This document shows, one piece after another, positions 26,842 to 36,574 of a stretch of 64,000 nucleotides of DNA (position 1 is the first letter of the stretch; each line of letters begins with the position of its first letter). Location: IMG/VR virus record IMGVR_UViG_3300045988_115788. One strand, given 5' to 3'. Made by a program: the position numbers and the translations under genes. The notes under the pieces were generated by a model. The model had not been told where the DNA came from. It worked only from the letters and a program-made list of their open reading frames with translations, and did not search any database. This DNA is from a virus.

Positions 26842-26990
26842 CATAACACTTTCAAGTTATTACAGATATGTACTGATATGTTAGTCAGGAATTTACGCCT
26901 ATGGAGAGCACAAGAACTTGTGAGTAGTGATTGGCTTGTCAACACAAAAACATACTCGTTGAAGTAGGAATGGAACATAAAAGTTTATAA
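26842..26990 (+). ncRNA. omega-RNA-like right-end remnant of the truncated TnpB
   Basis: Shares tatgg/gtggag...cacaa..acttg.gtag..ttggc blocks with the sequence 3' of the remnant at 8327-8440. Confidence 0.3.
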
Positions 26991-27021
26991 CTTTTTATAA
27001 GTTTTCAGTAACGGATGAAGA

Positions 27022-30000
27022 ATGGTAGATACTTATTTTTCATTACACAACCATAGTGATTATAGTAATCCAAGTTTAGGTTTTAGTGATTCTATTTGTA
27101 AAGTGAGTGGCTTGATTCAAAGAGCTTATGATATTGGTTTACAAGGTGTTACTATCACTGACCATGAATCACTTTCTTCTTTTGTTGAAGCATTAAATTA
27201 TTATGAATCAATGGAGCAAACTAGACCTTTTACTCTAGCTTTAGGCAATGAAATTTATCTTTTAACTGAAGAAGAATATGAAGAAAATCGTTATAACAAT
27301 GGTACGATTCCCTATTTTCATTTCATTCTTATCGCAAAAGACGATGAAGGTTATCGACAACTTTGTAAATTATCCACAAGAGCTTGGGAACGAGCTTATA
27401 TGAAAGGTTGTTGGCGTAGACCAACTTTAATGGAAGATTTGGTTGAAATTATTCAGCCAAATCAAGGACATGTGTTTGGATTGAGCGCTTGTTTAGGTTC
27501 TCGTATCGACAAAATGCTTCTTGAAAGAAACAAAGCACTGTTTGAAAAAACTGGACACCTAACACAGATTCAACAGATTTTTGGCAAAGATAATTTCTAT
27601 TTAGAAGTGCAACCTTCGGAAATAAAAGGAAACGAACAAAGCACTGTCAATACAATGCTTATGAAGGTAGCCAAACAACTGAAGCTCCCTATTGTTGTCA
27701 GTACAGATAGTCACTATTTAAAAAAAGATGATGCTATTATTCACGAAGTTTTTTTAAAAAGTCAAGATGGCGAAAGAGAAGTAAGTGATTTTTATGCTAC
27801 TGCTTACATGATGGAACCATCTGATTTACGAGAACATTTACGACATGAATTTAATGATGAAGAAATTGACTTTTTGATGTCAAATACAGTGGAATTAGGC
27901 CAACGTATAGGTAAATATAGTTTTAAGCATAAACCAATCATTCCTGAAATTCCTGAAGAAAAAATTCCTGATTTTAAAACCCAACATACTTTTAAACAAT
28001 ATTATTCTGAATATGAGTATTTTGGCTATTATGCTAAAGAAGATTTAGATATACATGAGCGTTATTTCTTTTATCAAATTGAGCAAGGACTAAAGCAAAA
28101 AGTTGTATTGAAACATAAGGATGTAAAAACCTATGTTGACCGGCTTAACACTGAATGGAGAGAACTAAAGTTAATTAGTGATGAATTAAATGGTTTCATG
28201 GTGGCATATTATTCAACTATGAGTAAAATAGTAGACCTTATGTGGGAAGCTAATAGTATAGTAGGCCCAGGAAGAGGCTCTTCTTCTGCTTTTTTAACTT
28301 GTTATTTGTTGGACATTACAGCTATAGACCCTGTTCCGCTAGGTGACTATATGCCTTATTGGAGACATCTTAGCGCAGAAAGAAAGGCGGAGCTTCCTGA
28401 TATTGATACTGACTCAGAACCCAGTAAAAAATACGCTATCATAGAAGAAGTTAAAAAGTTTTTTGGAGAAGATAAAGTATTAAATGTTGCTACATTTTCT
28501 TCAATTTCATCGAAAATAGCTATTGAAAAGGCTTGCCGTGGTTTAGGGATTGATGATACAACTGCGGCATATTTAAAATCTTTGATTCCTATTAATAGAG
28601 GCAAAATTGCTAAACTTAAAGATTGTTTATACGGTAGTGATAAAACACCTGTAGTTCATGCTCTTGTTGAAGAAATGAAAAAATACCCTAATCTTGAAAA
28701 GTGCGCTTTAGGGTTGTGCGACATTATTTCTCAAAAGGGACTTCATGCTGCGGGCCTTACGATTAGTAATAAGCCATATACAGAATATTGTAGTATGATG
28801 AGAGCGCCTAACGGCACTCCTTGTACTTGCTACAATCTTTGGGACGCAGAAGAAGTAAGTTTAGTTAAATTTGATTTGTTGACAGTTGATGCTCTACAAA
28901 AAGTTCATGGTGCATTAGACGCCATGGTAAATGATGGAACCATTGAATGGCAGGGCAATCTTCGAGACACATACAACAAATATATTCACCCAGACGTTAT
29001 TGATTATGACACTCCTGAGATGTGGGATTGTATCAATAAAATGTATTCTATATTTCAGTGGGCCACACCTTTTTCTGTTGCGGCACTAAAGCAAATTCAG
29101 CCAACAACTTTATCAGAACTTTCAGCAGGAAATAGCCTAATTAGACTTATGCCAGACGGAGACGGTGAAACACCTCTTGATACCTATGTTCGATATAAAA
29201 ATCATCCTGAACAATGGAGTGTAGAAGCTTCTGCGTATGGGCTTAATGAAGAAGAAAAATCAATCATAGCCAAATACACCAAAGACGCTCATTATCTTGC
29301 AGATTGTCAAGAAAAGATTATGCGACTTTCTATGGATGAACATATTGCTGGTTATACTCTAAAAGAAAGCAACCAACTTCGCAAAAGCGTAGCTAAAAAA
29401 GACGAAGCTTTGCAAGAAAAAGCCAAGCAACAATTTTATGAATACGGAAAAAAGCAAGGCACTAGACAAGTGATGCTTGATTATGTTTGGAATGTACTGT
29501 TTAGTAAATCATTTGGATATTCTTTTTCAAGCATCCACAGTTGGGCTTATTCAATGATTGCTCTTCAGGAACTAAACATTTTTTATCATTACGGTGCTAT
29601 ATATTGGAACATTGGTTGTTTACTTACAGAAACAAGTGACGAAGGGTCTGGTTCTGGTGCAGATTACGGTAAGATAGCAAAAGCAATTTATAAAATGCTT
29701 GCATTTGGTGTAAATATTGTATCTCCTAATGTTAATGAATCTAAAGACAACTTTACTCCAAACGCAAAAGAGAACACTATTTATTACGGATTAGCTACAA
29801 TTTCTGGAATTAACTCTCAGATAGCGAATCAAATCATTTCTATGCGGCCTTATAATTCATTTTTAGATTTTTATCGCAAAAATACATTTCCTGGTTCTCT
29901 CGTTACAAAGTCTAAAATTATTCAACTAATCAAAGCTGGATGTTTTGATTGTTTTAATACAAATAGAATTAAGGTGATGCAAGAATATTTCTGTTTATCT

Positions 30001-30906
30001 ACGCCACAAAAAACAAAGCTTACAACATCTAATTTGCCTGAAATGATTAAAATTGGTGTTGAAATTCCAGAAGAACTTATCAAACCTTATAATTTTAAAA
30101 AGTATGTTTGTCAAAAGCAATTCTTTTACAGTGTACATCCTTTGTCTAAATCTAAAAAATTATATAAAGTAGATACTACTGTAATGTCATATTGTGAGGA
30201 ATACTTTATTTCCGTAATGAAAGAAGGGGCAGATTATTGGTTTGTTGATAGCGAGGTCGTTATTTGCGACAAATCTATTGATAAATGCTTTAAGCCTGTT
30301 TTTAATGAGTTAAAGTCTTGGCTACAAAGACCTGAAACAATTAAAGAATATAACAAAAAAGCTATTATTGCCGCGTACAACACACTAGATTGTGTAGATG
30401 TCGATAGATGGGCAATGCAATCTACGAGTTATTACCATAACAACGGACATGAATTAAAGAATTTAGATTTTAAGCGTTACGGCATTAGTAGATTTTCCGA
30501 CCTTCCAGAAGAACCAGTATTTGTTGAAAAAAACTTTGGACAGCGTTCTTGGCGGCAATACGAAATCAGCGCCATAGCTGGAACATTGATTGCTAAAGAC
30601 GATACTAAGCATATAATTACTTTGCTAACTACTGATTATGATGTAGTAAACTGTAAGCTTACTAGAGAAGCCTATGCTCATTATAAACGAGTGATTAGTT
30701 CTGGTAGTGGGAAAGATAAAGTAGTGTATGATGATGCTTGGATTCAAAGAGGGTCTTTGCTGATTGTTTGTGGCTATCGAAACGGTGACGATTTTAGATG
30801 TAAAAAATACAAAAACAGTGTATATGACCATCAAATGATATTGATTAAACATGTATATGAAGATGGGAGTGCAGACTTGCAGACGGAAAGGGTGTTGATG
30901 GAATAA
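27022..30906 (+). CDS. dnaE: DNA polymerase III alpha subunit (DnaE-type, PHP domain)
   Basis: PHP HNHSDYS...ITDHESL, palm GPGRGSSSAFLTCYLLDITAIDP, and catalytic PDIDTDSE. Confidence 0.85.
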   Translation: MVDTYFSLHNHSDYSNPSLGFSDSICKVSGLIQRAYDIGLQGVTITDHESLSSFVEALNYYESMEQTRPFTLALGNEIYLLTEEEYEENRYNNGTIPYFHFILIAKDDEGYRQLCKLSTRAWERAYMKGCWRRPTLMEDLVEIIQPNQGHVFGLSACLGSRIDKMLLERNKALFEKTGHLTQIQQIFGKDNFYLEVQPSEIKGNEQSTVNTMLMKVAKQLKLPIVVSTDSHYLKKDDAIIHEVFLKSQDGEREVSDFYATAYMMEPSDLREHLRHEFNDEEIDFLMSNTVELGQRIGKYSFKHKPIIPEIPEEKIPDFKTQHTFKQYYSEYEYFGYYAKEDLDIHERYFFYQIEQGLKQKVVLKHKDVKTYVDRLNTEWRELKLISDELNGFMVAYYSTMSKIVDLMWEANSIVGPGRGSSSAFLTCYLLDITAIDPVPLGDYMPYWRHLSAERKAELPDIDTDSEPSKKYAIIEEVKKFFGEDKVLNVATFSSISSKIAIEKACRGLGIDDTTAAYLKSLIPINRGKIAKLKDCLYGSDKTPVVHALVEEMKKYPNLEKCALGLCDIISQKGLHAAGLTISNKPYTEYCSMMRAPNGTPCTCYNLWDAEEVSLVKFDLLTVDALQKVHGALDAMVNDGTIEWQGNLRDTYNKYIHPDVIDYDTPEMWDCINKMYSIFQWATPFSVAALKQIQPTTLSELSAGNSLIRLMPDGDGETPLDTYVRYKNHPEQWSVEASAYGLNEEEKSIIAKYTKDAHYLADCQEKIMRLSMDEHIAGYTLKESNQLRKSVAKKDEALQEKAKQQFYEYGKKQGTRQVMLDYVWNVLFSKSFGYSFSSIHSWAYSMIALQELNIFYHYGAIYWNIGCLLTETSDEGSGSGADYGKIAKAIYKMLAFGVNIVSPNVNESKDNFTPNAKENTIYYGLATISGINSQIANQIISMRPYNSFLDFYRKNTFPGSLVTKSKIIQLIKAGCFDCFNTNRIKVMQEYFCLSTPQKTKLTTSNLPEMIKIGVEIPEELIKPYNFKKYVCQKQFFYSVHPLSKSKKLYKVDTTVMSYCEEYFISVMKEGADYWFVDSEVVICDKSIDKCFKPVFNELKSWLQRPETIKEYNKKAIIAAYNTLDCVDVDRWAMQSTSYYHNNGHELKNLDFKRYGISRFSDLPEEPVFVEKNFGQRSWRQYEISAIAGTLIAKDDTKHIITLLTTDYDVVNCKLTREAYAHYKRVISSGSGKDKVVYDDAWIQRGSLLIVCGYRNGDDFRCKKYKNSVYDHQMILIKHVYEDGSADLQTERVLME

Positions 30907-31103
30907 TGAAATGTATTTGGTGTGGAAAGGAAGCTATAAGGATGCCCCTGGTTATGTTTGGGCAAAGGGTAGGTGACACTTACGTTTGTGCATCTTGCGG
31001 CTATCATTGGGATAACTATGGAAAGAGCTATTCTTCGGACTGGAAACCTGATAAAGAATCGCTATGGAATAAAATAAAGAAATTTTTTAGAAAATTAAAA
31101 TAA
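30906..31103 (+). CDS. small Zn-ribbon protein
   Basis: CIWCGKE...CASCG. Confidence 0.55.
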   Translation: MKCIWCGKEAIRMPLVMFGQRVGDTYVCASCGYHWDNYGKSYSSDWKPDKESLWNKIKKFFRKLK

Positions 31104-31106
31104 TAC

Positions 31107-31135
31107 TTGACAACCCCTTCTTCGTGTGATATGAT
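31107..31135 (+). promoter_or_regulatory. promoter TTGACA-17-TATGAT
   Basis: Read directly. Confidence 0.7.
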
Positions 31136-31165
31136 TAGGTCACAGCAAAAGAAGGGGTTATTTTT

Positions 31166-31342
31166 ATGGAACATGAATTTTTAATCGCATGGGTAAAGGC
31201 GGTTTTTACAACGATTGGCATTGGAGCGCTGCTAACCGCTTATCTTGCTTTCAAACAGAAAACAATGTGTGACACAATAATTGGAGCAGGGCTTCTGGTT
31301 GCAACAATTCTTTTGTTTGTAGTAATTAGTATGGTACAATAA
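31166..31342 (+). CDS. small membrane protein (58 aa, 2 TM)
   Basis: GAAGGGG RBS. Hydrophobic segments AVFTTIGIGALLTAYLAF and IIGAGLLVATILLFVVI. Below the track cutoff. Confidence 0.45.
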   Translation: MEHEFLIAWVKAVFTTIGIGALLTAYLAFKQKTMCDTIIGAGLLVATILLFVVISMVQ

Positions 31343-31355
31343 AGGGGGACTTAAA

Positions 31356-31745
31356 ATGTTTCGTATTTTTACAATTTGCGTATGTGTTTGTGCGCTTATT
31401 CTTATGATAATTGTTGCTTTTATTTTTATTTTTCATGTAATTCTTGAAAGAAAAGTAAAAAAGTCAGAGCATCCTAAAATTAAATTTAAAGATTTTAAAG
31501 CATGGTTTTTGCTTTGTCCAGAAGCTTACGCTTTGAAAGAAGACAGTATATACCGTTTCGGTCTTGGGGATTTTTACTTTAATATCATTGATATTATTCG
31601 ATACAAGTTTTGGAGAAAAAGAGAATACTGCCGTCAGACTGAAGAAAAAAATACGAAACAGATTCACATGCTCTTGTCATACGTCAAGCATGATATTGAA
31701 GCGTATGAAAACAAAACAAGAAAGGAGATTGAGCGACTTGGATGA
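31356..31745 (+). CDS. membrane-anchored hypothetical protein
   Basis: N-terminal TM segment FTICVCVCALILMIIVAFIFIF. Confidence 0.55.
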   Translation: MFRIFTICVCVCALILMIIVAFIFIFHVILERKVKKSEHPKIKFKDFKAWFLLCPEAYALKEDSIYRFGLGDFYFNIIDIIRYKFWRKREYCRQTEEKNTKQIHMLLSYVKHDIEAYENKTRKEIERLG

Positions 31746-31755
31746 TTTTTTTGAT

Positions 31756-34008
31756 ATGGTTGCCACAACGGAGCCAGAAAAAATTGAAGTAAAGTGTAAA
31801 CCATGTAAGGAACTTTATTTTGATGCCACTACTGGATACAGAGTTATGGCATGTATCCCTGTTGGCCCCCCTCCAAATGGTCTTGAGCTTAATAAATATG
31901 GAAATTTTAGCGTTTCTGGAAATGGATTAAATCTTCTAAAAGAAGGTGTTCCTATCAATCTCAAATTAACAGAAGCTAAAAGCAAATATTCAGCGTCTTA
32001 TAATTTTGCTGGACTTCCTGATTTAAGCATGGAAACAGATAAGGTACACGTCAATAGAGATGGCACGATGAGTATCTTATGTAGCTTTGCAACAAAAACA
32101 CAAGCTCAACACGTCATGGACGCTTATCCTAACTTTGTAGACATGGTTTTGAATGGCGAAGAAGACCAGTTAGATTATAAGAAAATTTATAACGTAGGAA
32201 AGAAACGACTTGAAGAATACATTTACAAAGTAAGAGAGAATAGCGGTGCAGTTCCTTTCCTACCTTTCTTGTTGAGTATTGGTGTTGCCGACTATGATAA
32301 AGCTGTTGAGATAACAAAAGATTATTCCAACCCTGATAATATGATTTATGCTTACAATCGCGACCCCTATAGTTTTATGATTGAAAGCATTAAATATTCT
32401 TTTGAAACTTCTGATAAAATCATTATTGAGCATAATGAGAAAATGGCAGAATCAAGAGAGCGTTGCGGCTGGGCTTTGTCTACTATTTTAAAACAAAATG
32501 AAACTGAAACTGGTGACACTAGAATTGCAAAAGAAATAGTTGAACAAGCCTTAAAAATTATGATTCCAGAGGCCGCACAGTGGTATGAAGTTGGCAAAAC
32601 TTTAAGCAACACAGTAGAGCATGAAGGTTGGCTTTCTCGTTCTGAAACATATTACGCAGAAAAAAGCATCGCTGATTTCATTAAAAATAGAATTGACAAT
32701 TCTGAACATGTTGATTTTGAATGGCAAAATTTTGTACAAAGAGAAGAAGGCAATCTCACAGAAGAACAGAGTAAAATTCTTCAACTAATGTGCGATAACG
32801 ATGTTGTTATCCTTACTGGTTGTGCAGGAAGTGGTAAATCGTTCACCACTAAAACTATCATTGATTTGTTAGAATCTAAGAATTTTACTTATCAATTATT
32901 GGCTCCTACAGGAATAGCTTCTAAAGTGCTTTCTACTGCAACGGGTAGACCAGCTTCTACAATTCATCGCTGGGCTGGTGCTGGCGACCCTAGAGATGTT
33001 GATTACGTTGTTGTTGATGAGCTTGGTATGGTTAGTGCGGAAGTATTAAAAATGCTAATCGAAGTTATTCCACCTACTTGTAAGATGATTTTGGTGTTTG
33101 ACCCCGCTCAGTTAATTAGTATTGGCGCAGGGAACGTTGCTAAAGATTTGGTAATGAGTCGGAGAGTTCCTATAGCTATGCTCACAAAAGTCTTTAGATA
33201 TGGTATCGGTGGCATAGCAACAATAGCCACAGACTTCCGTAAAGGCATTGTAAGCAACTTAGAAGAAGAGTTTGATGATTTTAAGTATTACAATACTAAT
33301 AATGTAAAGGAACAATTTGAAGGCGTTTTAGAAGCTTATCAGGGGTATTTAAATGATGGTTACACAAGAGAAAACATTCTAATCATCTCCCCTTTTAACG
33401 TAGGGGAAGTAGGCACAAAAGCTATCAATTTGGCGATTCAAGAAAAATATTCTCTTGGACAAGAACTTGAATATAAGACCAACTTTGATGGAAAATTTAG
33501 AATTGGCGACAAGGTTATTTGCAACAAAAATACTTATGATGCTAAAGTAGCAGAACAAACAAGTAGCGGATATGGATTTTCATTAAATGGTTCAGGCAAG
33601 TGCGAAACTACTTGGGTTTTCAACGGCAACCAGGGTATTGTACTTGGCGATTTTTACGATGATACAAGCAGAAGTAATTGTATTGTTGTAGAATTTGATT
33701 GTGGCATGGTCGCTTTCAGTCAAAAAGAATTTCAAAAACTATCCCTAGCTTATGCTTTGAGTTGTCATAGAGTACAAGGTTGTGAGTCACCTGCTGTTAT
33801 TTTTGTAGCCAACAGTCAGCACAAAAAGCTTTTGACCAACAATCTTTGTTATGTTGCCGTGACAAGAGCGAAAAAACACTTGACAATTATTGCAGACTAT
33901 GATACAATAGAAGAAGCATTAAGAAAGCATGAAGAAACGACTCGCAACACTTGGTTACAAGAAATGATGCAGAAAGGCTGGAAAGAACATGACAAAAAGT
34001 CAACTTAA
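31756..34008 (+). CDS. RecD-like SF1 DNA helicase
   Basis: Walker A GCAGSGKSFT, VVVDELGMV, and C-terminal SCHRVQGCE...YVAVTRAKKHL. The start may be TTG at 31738. Confidence 0.75.
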   Translation: MVATTEPEKIEVKCKPCKELYFDATTGYRVMACIPVGPPPNGLELNKYGNFSVSGNGLNLLKEGVPINLKLTEAKSKYSASYNFAGLPDLSMETDKVHVNRDGTMSILCSFATKTQAQHVMDAYPNFVDMVLNGEEDQLDYKKIYNVGKKRLEEYIYKVRENSGAVPFLPFLLSIGVADYDKAVEITKDYSNPDNMIYAYNRDPYSFMIESIKYSFETSDKIIIEHNEKMAESRERCGWALSTILKQNETETGDTRIAKEIVEQALKIMIPEAAQWYEVGKTLSNTVEHEGWLSRSETYYAEKSIADFIKNRIDNSEHVDFEWQNFVQREEGNLTEEQSKILQLMCDNDVVILTGCAGSGKSFTTKTIIDLLESKNFTYQLLAPTGIASKVLSTATGRPASTIHRWAGAGDPRDVDYVVVDELGMVSAEVLKMLIEVIPPTCKMILVFDPAQLISIGAGNVAKDLVMSRRVPIAMLTKVFRYGIGGIATIATDFRKGIVSNLEEEFDDFKYYNTNNVKEQFEGVLEAYQGYLNDGYTRENILIISPFNVGEVGTKAINLAIQEKYSLGQELEYKTNFDGKFRIGDKVICNKNTYDAKVAEQTSSGYGFSLNGSGKCETTWVFNGNQGIVLGDFYDDTSRSNCIVVEFDCGMVAFSQKEFQKLSLAYALSCHRVQGCESPAVIFVANSQHKKLLTNNLCYVAVTRAKKHLTIIADYDTIEEALRKHEETTRNTWLQEMMQKGWKEHDKKST

Positions 34009-34234
34009 TAAATTGCTTCTAAAAAGTAATGATATTTGTGGTTTTAATGACATCTTTGGTTATAGTCGAGTGGTGTCACATTATGATAAAAATGAAGACA
34101 GAACAGCGTTGTATTGTGTTCATTACGAAGACCAAGGGGACGGGTATAGACCAGAAACTATTGAAACTTTAGTAAAATTTCAAGGCAGAAGAATATTGAC
34201 ATTTGCACCAATAGAGCGAATCAAGGAGGACTAA
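33989..34234 (+). CDS. hypothetical protein
   Basis: 81-aa ORF overlapping the helicase end. Confidence 0.5.
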   Translation: MTKSQLNKLLLKSNDICGFNDIFGYSRVVSHYDKNEDRTALYCVHYEDQGDGYRPETIETLVKFQGRRILTFAPIERIKED

Positions 34235-34236
34235 TA

Positions 34237-34437
34237 ATGAAAATTTTGGTGGATGAAATGCCCAAGACGCCCAACGATTGTATCTTCTGTGAAGGGTATG
34301 TACCAGGAGAGTATCATTCTGAAACAAAAGAATATGATAAAGGGTATTATCGTTGTTTGTTGAATCCTTTTGAAGAGTGTAAAGAGGTTTGTACTATGCA
34401 ATTCATTAAAAAAGGCAAAGGGTGTTATGATGGCTGA
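34237..34437 (+). CDS. small Cys-rich hypothetical protein
   Basis: CIFCEG...CLLNPFEECKEVC. Confidence 0.5.
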   Translation: MKILVDEMPKTPNDCIFCEGYVPGEYHSETKEYDKGYYRCLLNPFEECKEVCTMQFIKKGKGCYDG

Positions 34438-34735
34438 GTATTTTAAGCGTGACTCGCTAATAAAAGCAATCTGTAAAATTAGCGACGATTCAAAGGGTTC
34501 GTGGAGTACATCAAGCATTGTTGACTTTTTACTTAACCAGCCTGTCGCTAATGTGGAAGAGGTTATTTGGGGACATTGGGAACGTAATGGAAAGATTATT
34601 CAATGTTCTTATTGCGGCTGCGTAATACCCCCAATTTTGTATGTCTCTGAGGGACGTACTTACAAATGGCCGAACAGTGTTCCGAGACGTTGCCCTAATT
34701 GTGAAGCCAAGATGAGGCTAGGAATATACACTTAA
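34430..34735 (+). CDS. Zn-ribbon protein, CPNC-x-AKM family
   Basis: EYFKRDSLIKAI...NQPVANVEEV...CPNCEAKM; paralog of the next gene. Confidence 0.6.
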   Translation: MAEYFKRDSLIKAICKISDDSKGSWSTSSIVDFLLNQPVANVEEVIWGHWERNGKIIQCSYCGCVIPPILYVSEGRTYKWPNSVPRRCPNCEAKMRLGIYT

Positions 34736-34758
34736 TATAAGAAGGAGTATTAAAAAAT

Positions 34759-35028
34759 ATGGATGAATACATTGAGCGAGAAGCGCTAATAAACGCTATT
34801 GCTACAAGCACGGAACCATTTACTACGGGACTTGTGTTTAGAGCAATCAACAACCAACCTGCCGCCGATGTGGCCTCGGTGAAAATTGGGTTTTGGAAAA
34901 TTAGCGGCGTAAATCCAGCCAACAACGTAATAGGTAATTTTAAATGCTCATTATGTGCGAGAACTAGCCTGGAAGATAGTGATTATTGCCCGAACTGTGG
35001 AGCAAAGATGGAGGTGCAAAATGGTTGA
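34759..35028 (+). CDS. Zn-ribbon protein, CPNC-x-AKM family
   Basis: EYIEREALINAI...NQPAADVASV...CPNCGAKM. Confidence 0.6.
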   Translation: MDEYIEREALINAIATSTEPFTTGLVFRAINNQPAADVASVKIGFWKISGVNPANNVIGNFKCSLCARTSLEDSDYCPNCGAKMEVQNG

Positions 35029-35215
35029 TATAAAGAAAAGAACGGAAGAGTTGCATGTAATCCTAGCCGAACTGGAGCGAGATATCGAAACGTTACAGGC
35101 AAACATCTCAAAACTCCGTGAGGATATGGATAGCGTGAACGCGGAAACGGACCTAGCCGCGTTTGACAAAGCCCACAATTTAGAACGTGGCCTCAAGCAT
35201 ATTGAACTGTACTGA
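35021..35215 (+). CDS. small coiled-coil hypothetical protein
   Basis: ATG at 35021 after GGAGG; heptad-like ELHVILAELERDIETLQANISKLRED. Confidence 0.5.
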   Translation: MVDIKKRTEELHVILAELERDIETLQANISKLREDMDSVNAETDLAAFDKAHNLERGLKHIELY

Positions 35216-35228
35216 GGGAGGGAATCGT

Positions 35229-35645
35229 ATGACGATTGAACAAGCTAGAGAGTGGCTCCAACGCCACGCCGACAATACGCCCATGCCTGAAGCGAGGGAG
35301 GTGTACAAGACGATTCTGGAGGCACTGCGATGGACTAGGTGGGTTCCGGTGGAGGAACGATTGCCAAAACCTGAAACCGAAGTGATGATTGTTTGCAATA
35401 GAAATGGTAAGCGGTTTATTGCAACAGCAATCTATGAAGATGGAACACTGTTTGAAGAGGACAGCGATTGGTGCTGGAATGATATCTGGGAGTATGACCG
35501 TTATGATGAAGAGCGTGACGATTACATCATTCCGGAGGGCTGGTGGGAAAGCAGATGCTTCACGCCGGACGATGTTTATAGCTGTTGGGTTGACTGCAAA
35601 GTAACCCACTGGAGGCCGATGCCGGAACCGCCGTGGGTAGAATGA
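35229..35645 (+). CDS. DUF551-like phage protein
   Basis: WVPVEERLPKPETEVMIV...VTHWRPMPEPP follows the typical DUF551 pattern. Confidence 0.55.
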   Translation: MTIEQAREWLQRHADNTPMPEAREVYKTILEALRWTRWVPVEERLPKPETEVMIVCNRNGKRFIATAIYEDGTLFEEDSDWCWNDIWEYDRYDEERDDYIIPEGWWESRCFTPDDVYSCWVDCKVTHWRPMPEPPWVE

Positions 35646-35696
35646 TAACTAACACGTAACCGTGTTGGAATCGACACGGTTAGAAAGGAGAACAAA

Positions 35697-35909
35697 ATGA
35701 AAAAAATCGAACTTTTTCAGTGCGATATTTGCGGAACGCAATTCAAGGAAAAAGCTGATTGCGTGAAGTGTGAGAAAAACCATGAAAGTGGGAAAGATTT
35801 GTGCATAGCTAACGCTAGATTCCTCCCTTTCACACAAGATGCAAGCGGAATGCCTATCACTATCACGCTGATGGGCAAAAATGGTAATACGTATAAATAT
35901 CGGCGATGA
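35697..35909 (+). CDS. small Zn-ribbon protein
   Basis: CDICGTQF...CVKCEKNH. Confidence 0.55.
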   Translation: MKKIELFQCDICGTQFKEKADCVKCEKNHESGKDLCIANARFLPFTQDASGMPITITLMGKNGNTYKYRR

Positions 35910-35920
35910 AAGGGGATAAA

Positions 35921-36214
35921 ATGAAATGCTGGGGAGATTTCCCAGCCATGGTAGCCTATGCTGCCTGCTATGAAGCCCTAGCGGAAGAGTGCATGGAGTT
36001 GGCCCACTGTGCCCTGAAACTCGCCAGAGTTTTGCGGGGAGATAACCCTGTTAAAGAGGGCGGAAGGAACTACCTGGATAAGTTGGACGAAGAATATACT
36101 GATGTTATTTCCTGTGCTATTGCCCTGGAACTGAAACCCAATGCGGATATATCCGTTTGGAAGTGGGAGCGACACAAGAAGCGGTTGGAAGAAATGGAGA
36201 AAGATAATTTTTGA
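35921..36214 (+). CDS. MazG-like nucleotide pyrophosphohydrolase (tentative)
   Basis: EALAEECMELAHCALKLAR and LDEEYTDVISCAIAL resemble the paired E-x-x-E/D helices of MazG-like proteins. Confidence 0.4.
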   Translation: MKCWGDFPAMVAYAACYEALAEECMELAHCALKLARVLRGDNPVKEGGRNYLDKLDEEYTDVISCAIALELKPNADISVWKWERHKKRLEEMEKDNF

Positions 36215-36239
36215 CATATCGTGAATAGAGGAGAATAAT

Positions 36240-36458
36240 ATTATAACAATTAAAGACATTATAAAAATATTATCTGCGTATATACCAGAAACAGAAGTAA
36301 AGATAACTAGCGGCCCTTTTATCAGTGAAATTGTTGATATACGACCAATCACGGATATAGATACTAATAAGACCTATATGTGTATCTATGGAGACAAAGA
36401 TGTTTTCACCAAGTATGAAAACATGGGGGTCTTTTACAATAAGAGAACACGAGATTAA
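36240..36458 (+). CDS. hypothetical protein with probable non-ATG (ATT/ATA) start
   Basis: A 72-codon protein-like frame fills the gap. AGAGGAG RBS lies 6 nt before ATT at 36240. No in-frame ATG, GTG or TTG near the 5' end. Confidence 0.3.
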   Translation: MITIKDIIKILSAYIPETEVKITSGPFISEIVDIRPITDIDTNKTYMCIYGDKDVFTKYENMGVFYNKRTRD

Positions 36459-36574
36459 CAATAATTTACATCTTTGTTCATATTGAGTTCATATTTATGT
36501 GATATAATGCAATAAAAATAAAAAGGTTGTCGGCGTAGGAATGACAACTTATTTTGTATAAGGAGTGATATTTA

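Noticed and set aside
27022-30906. Intein or intron inside the long (1294 aa) DnaE-type polymerase
   Set aside because: The reading frame is uninterrupted and the PHP, palm and PDIDTD motifs appear in normal order. No intein-type Cys/Ser...HN blocks were noticed by eye. This cannot be excluded without a profile search.
31564-31755. N-terminal extension of the RecD-like helicase ORF back to 31564
   Set aside because: The extension overlaps the 31356-31745 membrane-protein gene in another frame. A start at ATG 31756 or TTG 31738 follows the RBS AAAGGAG.
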